Positions 1 to 9,407 of a DNA stretch of 49,795 bases are shown one piece after another. Both the position numbers and the translations under genes were made by a program. Within the stretch, counting starts at the first letter, position 1. Every line of letters starts with the position of its first letter. Source of the DNA: an uncultured archaeon (GTDB lineage Archaea; Asgardarchaeota; Heimdallarchaeia; Heimdallarchaeales; Heimdallarchaeaceae); NCBI GenBank assembly GCA_964549075.1, contig CAZJUB010000014.1, forward strand, positions 1 through 49,795. The letters are read 5' to 3'. Below the pieces are notes generated by a model, which saw nothing but the letters and a program-made list of their open reading frames with translations, ran no database searches and was not told the DNA's origin.

Positions 1-90
1 AACAATAAATTCCTCTATTATATCTTTAGCAAAAGTTGTTTTTCCAGAATTGTATTCAAGTAAACCTCCAATGAAAACTGTGAATGGCAT
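1..90 (-). CDS. N-terminal fragment of a predicted archaeal P-loop ATPase/GTPase (runs off the window edge)
   Basis: ATG at 90 gives MPFTVFIGGLLEYNSGKTTFAKDIIEEFIV, a beta-strand followed by an SGKTT Walker A; not in the ORF track. Confidence 0.65.
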   Translation of the reverse strand, partial: MPFTVFIGGLLEYNSGKTTFAKDIIEEFIV

Positions 91-205
91 ATTATGTACC
101 TACAAAAGATGATGATATAAGATTGAAATATGTTTCGAAAGTGTAAATTCTTGCACAATAGAAGAAACAAAAAATCTAAGATAGATGTTGGCATTAAGAT
201 GAGTG

Positions 206-529
206 TTATACCCTTATTTCAGCTGTTTTGTAGAATACTATCAATTTTTCTTTGTAGTAATCTCTTAATTTAGCTATTACTTCATCGATTTCCTCTATTA
301 CTTCATCATTCTTTGTTTCTTTCCATTCAACATATTTTTCATACATCATTGATTTCTTTGATTCTGATTCCTTAACCAATTTATCTCTGAATAGCAATAT
401 TAAATCTCCCTTTAACTCTACAGAATTATAAAATGGTTCATGATTCATCTTTGCGTTCTTGCAAATCTTGTTGATTACACCATAGACCATAAGACCACCA
501 CAATATCGGTTTTCCGAGTGAAAGAACAT
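206..529 (-). CDS. Hypothetical protein
   Basis: 107-aa ORF with protein-like composition; no recognised motif; start uncertain. Confidence 0.45.
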   Translation of the reverse strand: MFFHSENRYCGGLMVYGVINKICKNAKMNHEPFYNSVELKGDLILLFRDKLVKESESKKSMMYEKYVEWKETKNDEVIEEIDEVIAKLRDYYKEKLIVFYKTAEIRV

Positions 530-640
530 TATTGCACATTTAAAATATCATAATACCTAAAGAATATAGGTAGAGGAATATAGATAAAAACAGAACAAAG
601 AATTTAAACATCTATTTAAAACATAAAAATGTGAAAAAAT

Positions 641-1753
641 ATGACAAATCTGTTAGATGAAATTGAAGAAATTTTATTAATGGGACCAGGACCATCTTGC
701 GTGCATCCTATGGTGTATAAAGCTCTTAGTGATTTCACTTTGGGGCATTTGGATCCACATTTTATTAAGATAATGGATCAAATACAGGTATTGTTACAAA
801 AAATAATGAACACTACTAATAGACTTACGATTCCTATTTCAGGAACAGGGTCTGCAGGAATGGAAACTTGTTTTGTTAATCTAATTGAATCGAAAGACAA
901 GGTTTTAATCTTACAAAATGGAGTTTTCGGAAAACGAATGATTGAAGTAGCAACAAGATTAGGTGCTGATGTAGACTTTTTAGAGTTTGAATGGGGTACC
1001 CCAGTTATTTCTGAAATAGTAAAAGAAAGACTAGCTGATAATTCCTATAATCTCATTGCAATGGTTCATGCAGAGACCTCAACTGGTGTAAAAAATCCAG
1101 TTGAGGAAATATCATCCATAATTAAAGACACCAAAAGTTTATTCCTAGTTGATGCAGTAACAAGTCTAGGAGGAATAGAGGTCAAAGCTGATAACTGGGG
1201 TGTTGATGCGCTATATAGTGGTTCACAAAAATGCTTATCTGTACCTCCTGGATTAGCACCGGTTAGTTTCTCAGATAAAGCTTGGTTAAAAATTAAAAAT
1301 AGAAAAAAACCAGTTCCAAATTGGTATTTGGATATGAGTCTGATTGGAGAATATTGGCAAAAGGACCACAAAAGAGCTTATCATCATACAGCACCCATCA
1401 ATATGCTATATGCACTATATCAATCACTTCTACTATTCGTTGAAGAAGGAGCTACAAATGTATTCCAACGTCATTTAGAATGTCATAAGATGCTAAAAGA
1501 AGGATTAAAAGAATTGGGATTACAGATGTATGTTGAAGAAAAATATCGTCTTCCAATGCTCAATGCAGTAACAATTCCTGAAGGTTTGGATGAAGCAGAA
1601 ATACGTAAAAAACTTCGGTTTGAACATAAGATAGAGATTGGTGCTGGACTGGGGCCTTTAACAGGTAAGATATGGAGAATAGGATTAATGGGATATACAG
1701 CTCAACCGAAAAATGTTGAAAAATTATTAAAAGCATTGAAAAGTATCTTGTGA
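641..1753 (+). CDS. Alanine-glyoxylate/serine-pyruvate aminotransferase (class V PLP enzyme)
   Basis: LLMGPGPS, SGTGSAGME, HAETSTGV, DAVTSLGG, SGSQK (PLP lysine), YHHT, WRIGLMG. Confidence 0.92.
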   Translation: MTNLLDEIEEILLMGPGPSCVHPMVYKALSDFTLGHLDPHFIKIMDQIQVLLQKIMNTTNRLTIPISGTGSAGMETCFVNLIESKDKVLILQNGVFGKRMIEVATRLGADVDFLEFEWGTPVISEIVKERLADNSYNLIAMVHAETSTGVKNPVEEISSIIKDTKSLFLVDAVTSLGGIEVKADNWGVDALYSGSQKCLSVPPGLAPVSFSDKAWLKIKNRKKPVPNWYLDMSLIGEYWQKDHKRAYHHTAPINMLYALYQSLLLFVEEGATNVFQRHLECHKMLKEGLKELGLQMYVEEKYRLPMLNAVTIPEGLDEAEIRKKLRFEHKIEIGAGLGPLTGKIWRIGLMGYTAQPKNVEKLLKALKSIL

Positions 1754-1823
1754 ATAGCTATAAAAATATGGGAAATTCCTGTCTTTAGGTAGGTTTTTAT
1801 TTGTTAAATCATACTGGTAATGA

Positions 1824-3005
1824 ATGAATCCTGTAGTATCTATAGTCAGGATTGAAAATGGAAATATAGAAAAAGCTGTTCGTAAAGCAATTGAGCTAGC
1901 TGGAGGAATAGAGGCACCTTCAAAGAGCAGTAAACCTGTGCTTATTAAACCAAATGCTATAACATCTAAAGATACATGGGAAGAGCAAATTACAGTAACC
2001 ACACATCCTGAAGTTGTAAGAGCTGTTATCCGTGTTGTTAAAGAAATGGGACATAAAATTGTCGTAGGAGATAGCTCTGGAGGAGGAACAAAAACTCAAA
2101 GAGTTTTAGAAAAAGCAGGATTTAAGAAACTTGAAAAAGAAGAAGGTGTTCCTGTTATCAATCTGTCTGTTGGTGCAGAAAAAATCGAAATCACTGATGC
2201 AGTTAAGGTTAAAAGTTCAATCTTCTCCAAGGTAGCTTTAGATTATAACATAATCAATGTTCCAAAAATGAAAACCCATACATTAACAACTGTTACATTA
2301 GCAGTGAAAAATCTTTTTGGCTGCATACCTGGAATGGAAAAGAAACGAATTCACTCTCAAGCTAGCACAGCAAGAGGTTTTAGTCAATGCTTAATAGATC
2401 TCTATTCTGTTTTAAAGGATAACATAATCATGAATGTGCTAGATGGTCAAATAGCAATGGAAGGTCATGGTCCAACTTCAGGACCAGCTAAAAGAATGGA
2501 TCTAATAATTGCTAGTAAAGACGCTATATCTCTAGATGCAGTTGCTACAAAAATAATGGGTGTTAATCCTTATTCTGTATTCACGAATAAATTAGGTGAA
2601 AAACGAAAGCTAGGTATAGCTAATTTAAATGAGATTGATGTTGTAGGAGAACAAATAGAGGATGTTAAAAGTAAGTTTGCTATGCCTGAAAGATTCATAA
2701 GGTGGGTTCCTATAGGGCGATTTTGGAAGCTTGCAAATAAACAACCAGTGTATAAGGGTGCAGGATGTAAAGCATGCCTTAGATGTGAAGGAGTATGCCC
2801 AGTTAATGCGATTAAGGTTGATAGAGAAACTAAACAACCTATATTTGATTATAAGAAATGTATTTCTTGTTTCTGTTGCTTTGAACTATGTGAGGAAGAA
2901 GTAATTTACATTGGTAGATTAAAATATAAGAAAAAATTAATTGCATATTCAAGTATCTTCTCTTTAGTAATTTTAACAGCAATATTATTACCACTACTGA
3001 TATAA
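1824..3005 (+). CDS. DUF362 domain protein with 2x[4Fe-4S] ferredoxin domain and C-terminal membrane anchor
   Basis: VLIKPN, TTHPEVV, NVPKMKTH, KNLFG, MEGHGP; CxxCxxCxxxCP and CxxCxxCxxxC; hydrophobic C-terminal tail. Confidence 0.88.
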   Translation: MNPVVSIVRIENGNIEKAVRKAIELAGGIEAPSKSSKPVLIKPNAITSKDTWEEQITVTTHPEVVRAVIRVVKEMGHKIVVGDSSGGGTKTQRVLEKAGFKKLEKEEGVPVINLSVGAEKIEITDAVKVKSSIFSKVALDYNIINVPKMKTHTLTTVTLAVKNLFGCIPGMEKKRIHSQASTARGFSQCLIDLYSVLKDNIIMNVLDGQIAMEGHGPTSGPAKRMDLIIASKDAISLDAVATKIMGVNPYSVFTNKLGEKRKLGIANLNEIDVVGEQIEDVKSKFAMPERFIRWVPIGRFWKLANKQPVYKGAGCKACLRCEGVCPVNAIKVDRETKQPIFDYKKCISCFCCFELCEEEVIYIGRLKYKKKLIAYSSIFSLVILTAILLPLLI

Positions 3006-3119
3006 AAGAAAACTCAACAAAGAACACTAAAACTTCTCCGTGAAGAATTAGAAAACTTCATAACATGCGATGCATAGTTGCTTTGCTAATGAAGGCCTAG
3101 GTTATGTTAGAAGGGGGTT

Positions 3120-3195
3120 TGGAGCGGGAACGGAGATTCGAACTCCGGTCCATGGTTTTGCAGACCACCGCATTATACCTCTCTGCTATTCCCGC
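3120..3195 (-). tRNA. tRNA-Cys(GCA), CCA encoded, no intron
   Basis: Cloverleaf GCGGGAA...TTCCCGC-T-CCA; anticodon loop CTGCAAA; TTCGAAT T-loop; U73. Confidence 0.96.
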
Positions 3196-3371
3196 TTATT
3201 GTTCTTTGTTCTTGTTTTCTTCTTTTCTTTTTATAAAAAACTTTTCTATCCTTTAGAAGTCAAGTTTTCTTATCTTGAACACATTCTTTCTTTTTTTGCT
3301 ATTAGGATTAGTTTAATCTTTATTAATTAGTGGACTTTAAATTGTCTCCACTAACTAATTGAGGTAATTTT

Positions 3372-3848
3372 ATGGCAGAAAGAATTCCAGATGTACCAAA
3401 AAATGAACCTACTAAATCGAATTTTAATGACAACCGACTTAGTGACAATTCCATCCACTACATCGTTGAAATAGAAGGTATAGCAGTATTTGCAGTTGAT
3501 TCTATTTCTGGATTGGGTTTTGAAGCACAAGTTGTTGAATATACAGATGGAGATAATCCTCTTACTCACAAGAGACCTGGTCGTTTCACTTATAACAACG
3601 TAACAATACACAACATACCTATTTGTAAGGACTTACCTATTTATGACTGGGTAGAATATTCTAGACAGGCTGGAGGAGAGTATAATAGCAAAACCATGGC
3701 TATAATTATGCTGGTTGATGATAAGGAGGTCAGAAGATGGAACTGTTTCCACTGTTTTCCTGTTAGTTTTAACTATCATAAGATGGAAGCTAGAAAATCT
3801 TTATTTGCGGATATGGTAGTAGCTGTCGAATGGTTTGAGGACGCCTAA
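3372..3848 (+). CDS. Phage tail tube protein, T4 gp19 / eCIS (Afp1/5-like) family
   Basis: VEIEG...ISGL...VVEYTDG...KRPGRFTYNNVTI...YDW...RRWNCFHCFPV...VAVEWFE matches the gp19-like tube pattern. Confidence 0.82.
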   Translation: MAERIPDVPKNEPTKSNFNDNRLSDNSIHYIVEIEGIAVFAVDSISGLGFEAQVVEYTDGDNPLTHKRPGRFTYNNVTIHNIPICKDLPIYDWVEYSRQAGGEYNSKTMAIIMLVDDKEVRRWNCFHCFPVSFNYHKMEARKSLFADMVVAVEWFEDA

Positions 3849-3859
3849 ACTCCTCTTTT

Positions 3860-4879
3860 TTACTTTCTTGGATAAACAATATTCTTGAATTCCACAAGTT
3901 CTCTTATTAGAGCAAAGTTGTCATCTTTTATCGCTTCTTTTCTTAATTCAGAATCACTTGTTATCGCTTTTCTTAAAGAAGTAATTGCTTTCTTCTCATT
4001 TTTTGTATTTGCTTCCACTATTGATTTCATATACAAATATTCTGCATTTTTTTCATTTTTGTTGAATTGTTCTAATAGAATTTTCAGTTGCTCATAGTTC
4101 TTTTTATCTAACGTTTCTCTCACCCTCAGAGATAATGCTAAGTTGAGCTCATCTCTTTCTTCCAATTTTGATATGATTATTGCGTTTTTCTTGTAATTTC
4201 TACTCTTAATATAACAAGTGCCTAGAGCAAACAATACTTCCGATGATTGTGGAAATAATTCTAATGCCTCCACTAAAACTTTCTCTGCAGCTTTATGATT
4301 GGTTGTTAGCAAATAACAAAGAGACAAATTTATCCAATCCTTTGCTGTTCCTTCTTTAAGCGACAAACCATCTAGATATAGATTTACTGCTAAATCATAT
4401 TTCTTTTCTACCATATAGAGGTGAGCCAAACGGTAATAGGATTTTGCGAAAGCTTTTTCTGTTTCTATAACTTTAGAATAATATCTTTTAGCGGTTCTAG
4501 TTTTCTTTGCTTTTTCATAATCTAAACCCAAAGTATAGAGAATGGTTGGATCTTCTTCTCCCTTTTTCAAACATTTCAAATGCGTTTTTATTGCTTGTTG
4601 ATAATCACCATTTTGCCTATAAGCTATTCCTAGCAGAAGTAGTGCTTTTGTCGAATCCTTATCTTCTTCAAGATATTTCTCAAGAAATTGAACTGCGGAG
4701 GAAAATTTTTCTGCTTTCATTTCTAGAGTGGCTAACTTCAATAACTCATTGGGATTACCTTCATTTATACTATAACTATAGTATCCTATTTTCGCTGCCA
4801 AGTGATATTTTTCTTTCATTTCCCATCTTATTGATAATCCTTGTAGAAATCGAGCCAAGGATTCTCTTGCAGCGTTCAT
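3860..4879 (-). CDS. Tetratricopeptide repeat protein
   Basis: Repeated LG..Y...G.Y..A...Y helical units of about 34 aa. Confidence 0.85.
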   Translation of the reverse strand: MNAARESLARFLQGLSIRWEMKEKYHLAAKIGYYSYSINEGNPNELLKLATLEMKAEKFSSAVQFLEKYLEEDKDSTKALLLLGIAYRQNGDYQQAIKTHLKCLKKGEEDPTILYTLGLDYEKAKKTRTAKRYYSKVIETEKAFAKSYYRLAHLYMVEKKYDLAVNLYLDGLSLKEGTAKDWINLSLCYLLTTNHKAAEKVLVEALELFPQSSEVLFALGTCYIKSRNYKKNAIIISKLEERDELNLALSLRVRETLDKKNYEQLKILLEQFNKNEKNAEYLYMKSIVEANTKNEKKAITSLRKAITSDSELRKEAIKDDNFALIRELVEFKNIVYPRK

Positions 4880-4962
4880 TAATCTAATTATAGCTCGTTC
4901 AAGTAAAAATATATCGGCAGAGGAATCGAAAGAGATATTTGTTATGATTTTAAGTTTAAAAT

Positions 4963-5685
4963 ATGTCTTCTAATAGAACAATTCTTTGGGATTGGGAAGG
5001 AAATCATCTTAAAGTAAAGGTGCTATATTCAAGAGCTGGTATCGCGACACAAATTCTTGTTTTTGATATTGAAGAGGAGGAAGTATACCTAATTGATGTG
5101 GGTGATGGTATTTTACGCGATTTGGTCTCTCTTCCAAAGATATTCTATGAGAATATTAGAGCGATTCTATGTACTCATGGTCATTTTGATCACATTGGAG
5201 GGCTTTTTTCGCTTCTAGGTTTCTTAAGAATGATAAATAGAAAAAAAGAATTGTTACTTATATTTCCAGCAGGAATTAAAGAAATAAATGGTATTATTAG
5301 ATCTTTTCAAGAGAGTTATTCTGATTCTATTCCTTATGAAATAAGAACACTTGAGCTAAAGAAAAAAATGGCTATAAATCAAGTCTCTATGAACTCTTTT
5401 CCTGTTCAACATCGTGGTTCTATTATAGGAGAAAATGAATTACCAAACATACCTGCTGTAGGATATCTACTTGAAAAACAAGGAGAAAAAGTACTCTATA
5501 CTGGCGATACGGGTTATTTTGATGAATTAGAGGAGATTATCAAAGATGTTGATTTTGCATTAATAGAAGGAACATTTAAGGACAAAGAAACCCAATATCA
5601 TCTTTCTATTCCAGAAGCTAGAAAGCTAGGACAATTAGCTAAAAAGCATCTAATTATTCATCAGCATACTTCGCAAAATAATTGA
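4963..5685 (+). CDS. Metallo-beta-lactamase fold hydrolase (RNase Z-like)
   Basis: LIDVGDG, THGHFDHIGG, YTGDT, EGT, HLS and a terminal H. Confidence 0.85.
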   Translation: MSSNRTILWDWEGNHLKVKVLYSRAGIATQILVFDIEEEEVYLIDVGDGILRDLVSLPKIFYENIRAILCTHGHFDHIGGLFSLLGFLRMINRKKELLLIFPAGIKEINGIIRSFQESYSDSIPYEIRTLELKKKMAINQVSMNSFPVQHRGSIIGENELPNIPAVGYLLEKQGEKVLYTGDTGYFDELEEIIKDVDFALIEGTFKDKETQYHLSIPEARKLGQLAKKHLIIHQHTSQNN

Positions 5686-5743
5686 AGTGCCAAGGAATAC
5701 CACATACTTTTATATATTTAAATGAAAAAGTACGTTTGATAGC

Positions 5744-6451
5744 ATGGCTAATAATAAGCAATCTTCAGGAAAAAACGAAAAAGAATCTAATAAAGGACCT
5801 ATAATATTCAAAGAGAACAAAGAGAAAAATAAGGATGAAACCTCCATTGAAGAAAAGGTAGATGAGGGAAAAAACAAAGAACATTCTACCAATGCTTATA
5901 TGATAAAATTGGTTCTAATTGGTGATGCTGCAGTAGGAAAAACCTCAATCAGACAGAGATATTTAGGGCAAGGTTTTCAAAGAGAACATTTGACCACCCT
6001 AGGTGCAGATTTTGCAGCAACAACTAAAGAAGTTGACGAATATCAAATTAAGTATCAAATCTGGGATTTAGCAGGACAGCCTATGTTTAAGAATGTACGT
6101 CCTAGATTTTTCAAAGGTTGTTTTGGTGCTTTAGCTGTTTTTGACATCACACGTAAAGACACATTTTTTAATTTAGGGAATTGGATTGAGGAATTATATC
6201 AGTATAGTGGGAGAGGTGTTGTTCCCATCATTATGCTTGCGAATAAGATGGATCTTGAAGAGGAACAAGAAGTAACCAGACAAGAAGCTGAGGAGTTTGT
6301 AGAAGAACTTAACAAAAAAACTAAAGAACTTTCAATAGAGAACTTTTTCTTAGAAACTTCTGCTAAAACAGGACTGAATATTGAAAAAGCTTTTGGAATA
6401 ATTGGACAATATATTGTTGAAAGGTTCTCATCAACAGATGAAGAGGAATAG
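5744..6451 (+). CDS. Rab/Ras-like small GTPase (eukaryotic signature protein)
   Basis: GDAAVGKT, TLGADF, IWDLAGQ, NKMD, ETSAKTG. Confidence 0.93.
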   Translation: MANNKQSSGKNEKESNKGPIIFKENKEKNKDETSIEEKVDEGKNKEHSTNAYMIKLVLIGDAAVGKTSIRQRYLGQGFQREHLTTLGADFAATTKEVDEYQIKYQIWDLAGQPMFKNVRPRFFKGCFGALAVFDITRKDTFFNLGNWIEELYQYSGRGVVPIIMLANKMDLEEEQEVTRQEAEEFVEELNKKTKELSIENFFLETSAKTGLNIEKAFGIIGQYIVERFSSTDEEE

Positions 6452-6454
6452 TTA

Positions 6455-6664
6455 TTAAAATAACTTCAAAATATAAGCACCGAGAAGAGCTAATTCACAT
6501 ACAGTAAGGATTATTCCAGCGATTATATGCCCATATGCAAAACTCACAGCCAAGCTGAAAGCATTAAGGATTAAACCAAGAAATACAAAGTAATCATCAA
6601 GAGAATTATGGGATTTTAGCCATTTTAGCCATTTTTTCTCCGAATTAGTATCGACTTCGTTCAT
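6455..6664 (-). CDS. Small two-TM membrane protein
   Basis: Two hydrophobic segments; GAGG upstream of ATG. Confidence 0.55.
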   Translation of the reverse strand: MNEVDTNSEKKWLKWLKSHNSLDDYFVFLGLILNAFSLAVSFAYGHIIAGIILTVCELALLGAYILKLF

Positions 6665-6905
6665 TTAGCATTTCCTCTTTGAATAATACAATCTATAAGA
6701 CTATATTTTTCTTTCTTTTGCTACTAAAAATGTTTTTGCTTTTTAATGCTTGTTTTGATTATTCTTAAGGTTTAAGTAAATTATTAAGAATTTTATATTC
6801 ACATAACTAGCAAAGTAATCTTTTTAAACGAGGTTTGTTCCACAGAAACTGAAAAAAAATACGAAAGAGCTCTCTCTTACAGTATATTCAATAAGAGTGA
6901 AAGAC

Positions 6906-7370
6906 ATGCCAACAGCTTATGATGTTCCAGCGGATTTACTTATCCAAAAGATTACTGAAGAATTGAAAAAAGAAGCAGAAATCAAACCTCCAGAATGGGC
7001 ACTCTATGCAAAAACAGGAGTACATAAAGAAAGCTCTCCTATACAAGAGGACTGGTGGTATATTAGAGCTGCCTCAATATTACGCAAAATTTATATGAAC
7101 GGACCAATTGGAGTTTCAAAATTAAGAATAGCTTATGGTGGTCGCAATAGAAGAGGTGTAAAACCAGAACATTTTGCTAGAGGTAGTGGTGCAGTAATAA
7201 GACATGTTCTGCAACAATTAGAAAAATCAAATTACATTCAAAAGAAGAGTGGTCATGGTAGTAAAGGTCGCGTTATCGTAGGTCGTGTAGTTACTCCAAA
7301 AGGGCATTCTTTTATTGATAAATTATCAGCTGAAATCAAAAAACAAATCCCATCCTTAGAAAGATATTAA
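6906..7370 (+). CDS. rps19e: 30S ribosomal protein S19e
   Basis: MPTAYDVP, PPEWA..AKTG.HKE, WWYIRAASILRKIY, GSGAVIR; ATG at 6906 preferred over GTG at 6897. Confidence 0.96.
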   Translation: MPTAYDVPADLLIQKITEELKKEAEIKPPEWALYAKTGVHKESSPIQEDWWYIRAASILRKIYMNGPIGVSKLRIAYGGRNRRGVKPEHFARGSGAVIRHVLQQLEKSNYIQKKSGHGSKGRVIVGRVVTPKGHSFIDKLSAEIKKQIPSLERY

Positions 7371-7396
7371 AGTTCAGTGAGAGGATGTGAGAGATA

Positions 7397-7735
7397 ATGT
7401 ATGACGATGAAGAAATGGAAGCAATAAGGCAAAGAAAACTTGCAGAATTGCAACAACAACAAGCAGTTCAAGCAGCTCAAGAGGAGCAAAGAGCAACTGT
7501 TGAAGCCCAAAAACAATCCATACTCCGTCAAATATTAACTGAGGAAGCAATACAAAGGCTTGCAAATATAAAATTGGTACGTCCTCAACTTGCTGAAGCG
7601 GTTGAGATTAGGTTGATACAGTTGGCCCAACAAGGATCACTGTCTGAAAAATTGACTGATGCTCAATTAAAAGATATACTCCGTAAGATTCAGGGAAAAA
7701 AGCGTGAAACTAAAATCGATATAAGGCGATTATAA
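7397..7735 (+). CDS. PDCD5-family DNA-binding protein
   Basis: IRQRKLAELQ, ILRQILTEEA..RL.NIKLVRP, LIQLAQ; conserved position after rps19e. Confidence 0.93.
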   Translation: MYDDEEMEAIRQRKLAELQQQQAVQAAQEEQRATVEAQKQSILRQILTEEAIQRLANIKLVRPQLAEAVEIRLIQLAQQGSLSEKLTDAQLKDILRKIQGKKRETKIDIRRL

Positions 7736-7890
7736 TGGCAAGATACAAAAATCTACCCAGAAAAATCAGATACGCAAAGGAAGGTAAACAAAATAGCCCA
7801 GTTCCTAGTTGGTGTGTTATTAGAACAAACCGTCGTTTCAGAACACATCCCAAACGTAGAAGATGGAGGGCTAGTACAATTAAAAGATAG
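7735..7890 (+). CDS. rpl39e: 50S ribosomal protein L39e
   Basis: 51 aa MARYKNLPRKIRYAKEGKQNSPVPSWCVIRTNRRFRTHPKRRRWRASTIKR; below the ORF-track cutoff; syntenic. Confidence 0.95.
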   Translation: MARYKNLPRKIRYAKEGKQNSPVPSWCVIRTNRRFRTHPKRRRWRASTIKR

Positions 7891-7903
7891 GAGATAAAGA
7901 AAA

Positions 7904-8353
7904 ATGTCTCAAGAAGCTATAGAGAACATTTATACAATTCCGTTTTATCCACAATTGAATAAAACCCCAGCATATAAGAGAACACCTAGAGCCATAAGGC
8001 TTCTCAAGGAATTTATCGTAAAGCACACAAAAGTAGACTTTGTTATAATTGATGAAGGTTTAAACGAATTTATGTGGAAAAGAGGAATACAAAAACCGCC
8101 AAGAAAGGTTAAAGTTCGTGCAATTGTGGAAACAGTTGAGGAAGATAAAATCGCGACCGTAGAACTTATCCATGAAGAAGTTGAAGTTAGCACTCGTCCT
8201 GAACTGGAAGGTATTGCCATCCCAGGAGAGTTAGAGGAAGAGGAAGAAGAAGAGGAAGATGAAGAGACTACTGTTGATGAACTTCCAGCAGTAGAAGAAC
8301 CTGAACCAGAACCAGAAGTAGAAGTATCTACAGAAGAGGAAAAAACCGAATAG
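7904..8353 (+). CDS. rpl31e: 50S ribosomal protein L31e with acidic C-terminal extension
   Basis: IYTIP, KRTPRAIRLLKEF..KH, LNEFMWKRGIQKPPRKVKV. Confidence 0.94.
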   Translation: MSQEAIENIYTIPFYPQLNKTPAYKRTPRAIRLLKEFIVKHTKVDFVIIDEGLNEFMWKRGIQKPPRKVKVRAIVETVEEDKIATVELIHEEVEVSTRPELEGIAIPGELEEEEEEEEDEETTVDELPAVEEPEPEPEVEVSTEEEKTE

Positions 8354-8393
8354 AGTTTTTTCTCTTTTTACATATTTTTTGAGGTTGATTATT

Positions 8394-9068
8394 TTGGATA
8401 TTGCAAAGACTACTGTTCTAGGTAATTCAGGTTTAGGAGTATTTGCACTTGCAACAGAAAAGTATTCTGTTGTTCCTTTTGGTGTAAAAGAACAAACTAA
8501 AAAGATTTTAATTGAAACTTTGCAAACAGAAATGATCCAAACAACAATATCTAACTCAGTTCTTGTTGGAACAATGGCAGTAGGGAATTCAGATACATTT
8601 TTCGTACCATCCAATATTGGAGAGAAGGAGCTCAAAACTTTGAACGAGTTGTTAGGAGAAAAAGTAGAAATTGTAGAATTAAATAGTAAATTAACTGCTC
8701 TAGGTAATCTAGTTGTCCTTAATGATAAAGGTGCGATTATCAGTGATATGTTTGAGAAAAATGCTCAAAAACAAATCCAGGATGTACTGAATTTCGAAGT
8801 AACTGTCGGTAACTTGCTAGGATCACCTCTTGTTGGTAGTATTATTATGAGTACAAATCGAGGAGCTCTTGTTCATCCTCTTCTTTCAGAGGAAGAAATA
8901 AAAGAAATTTCCTTAATTTTTAAAGTTAAAACTGATGTTTGCACAATAAATAGGGGGATTCCATATCCTAGAGTGGGAATTTTAGCTAATTCAAAAGGTG
9001 CTGTAATCGGTACTGATAGTACAGGACCTGAAAGTATGAGAATCTTTGAAATCTTGCTTGCTCCTTAA
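8394..9068 (+). CDS. eif6: Translation initiation factor 6
   Basis: GVFALAT, ALGN....NDKGA, VHP, TINRG.P...G..ANSKGA..G..STGPE; TTG at 8394 follows GAGG (ORF track starts at 8379). Confidence 0.93.
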   Translation: MDIAKTTVLGNSGLGVFALATEKYSVVPFGVKEQTKKILIETLQTEMIQTTISNSVLVGTMAVGNSDTFFVPSNIGEKELKTLNELLGEKVEIVELNSKLTALGNLVVLNDKGAIISDMFEKNAQKQIQDVLNFEVTVGNLLGSPLVGSIIMSTNRGALVHPLLSEEEIKEISLIFKVKTDVCTINRGIPYPRVGILANSKGAVIGTDSTGPESMRIFEILLAP

Positions 9069-9137
9069 TGACTTTAGTTTCAAAAAGTTGAAAAACCCTT
9101 TAACTATCAGCAAATAGCAGAAAGTGGTGAACACTAT

Positions 9138-9407
9138 ATGACATCTGTCAAAACATATTATATTCGCGGAGAGTTTCAGAAACGAAAACGCAAAATTCCA
9201 TTTGGGAAATATGTTAGAGCACTTAATAAAAAGGATGCTTTAGAATATATCTACAACACTTTGGGAAGTAAACACAAAGTAAAACGAAACATGATTGATA
9301 TAAAACCTAAGGATATACGTGAAATAACTGATCCTGAAGAAATTAAAAATTCAGTAGTGAAAGCCTTTGCAGTTGAAGATGATCTGGCTATCCCTAAAAG
9401 GAAGTGA
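9138..9407 (+). CDS. rpl18a: 50S ribosomal protein L18Ae/LX
   Basis: F.K.VRA....A.E.IY..LGSKHKVKR..I.I; syntenic. Confidence 0.9.
   Translation: MTSVKTYYIRGEFQKRKRKIPFGKYVRALNKKDALEYIYNTLGSKHKVKRNMIDIKPKDIREITDPEEIKNSVVKAFAVEDDLAIPKRK

Noticed and set aside
3006-3119. Possible structured RNA or SECIS downstream of the DUF362 gene
   Set aside because: Only short alternative stems, and no in-frame UGA in the neighbouring gene.
3070-3330. 86-aa ORF
   Set aside because: Overlaps tRNA-Cys on the opposite strand and runs into a T-rich promoter region; spurious.
3120-4879. Provirus integrated at tRNA-Cys
   Set aside because: No integrase, no duplicated tRNA end and no other viral genes seen.
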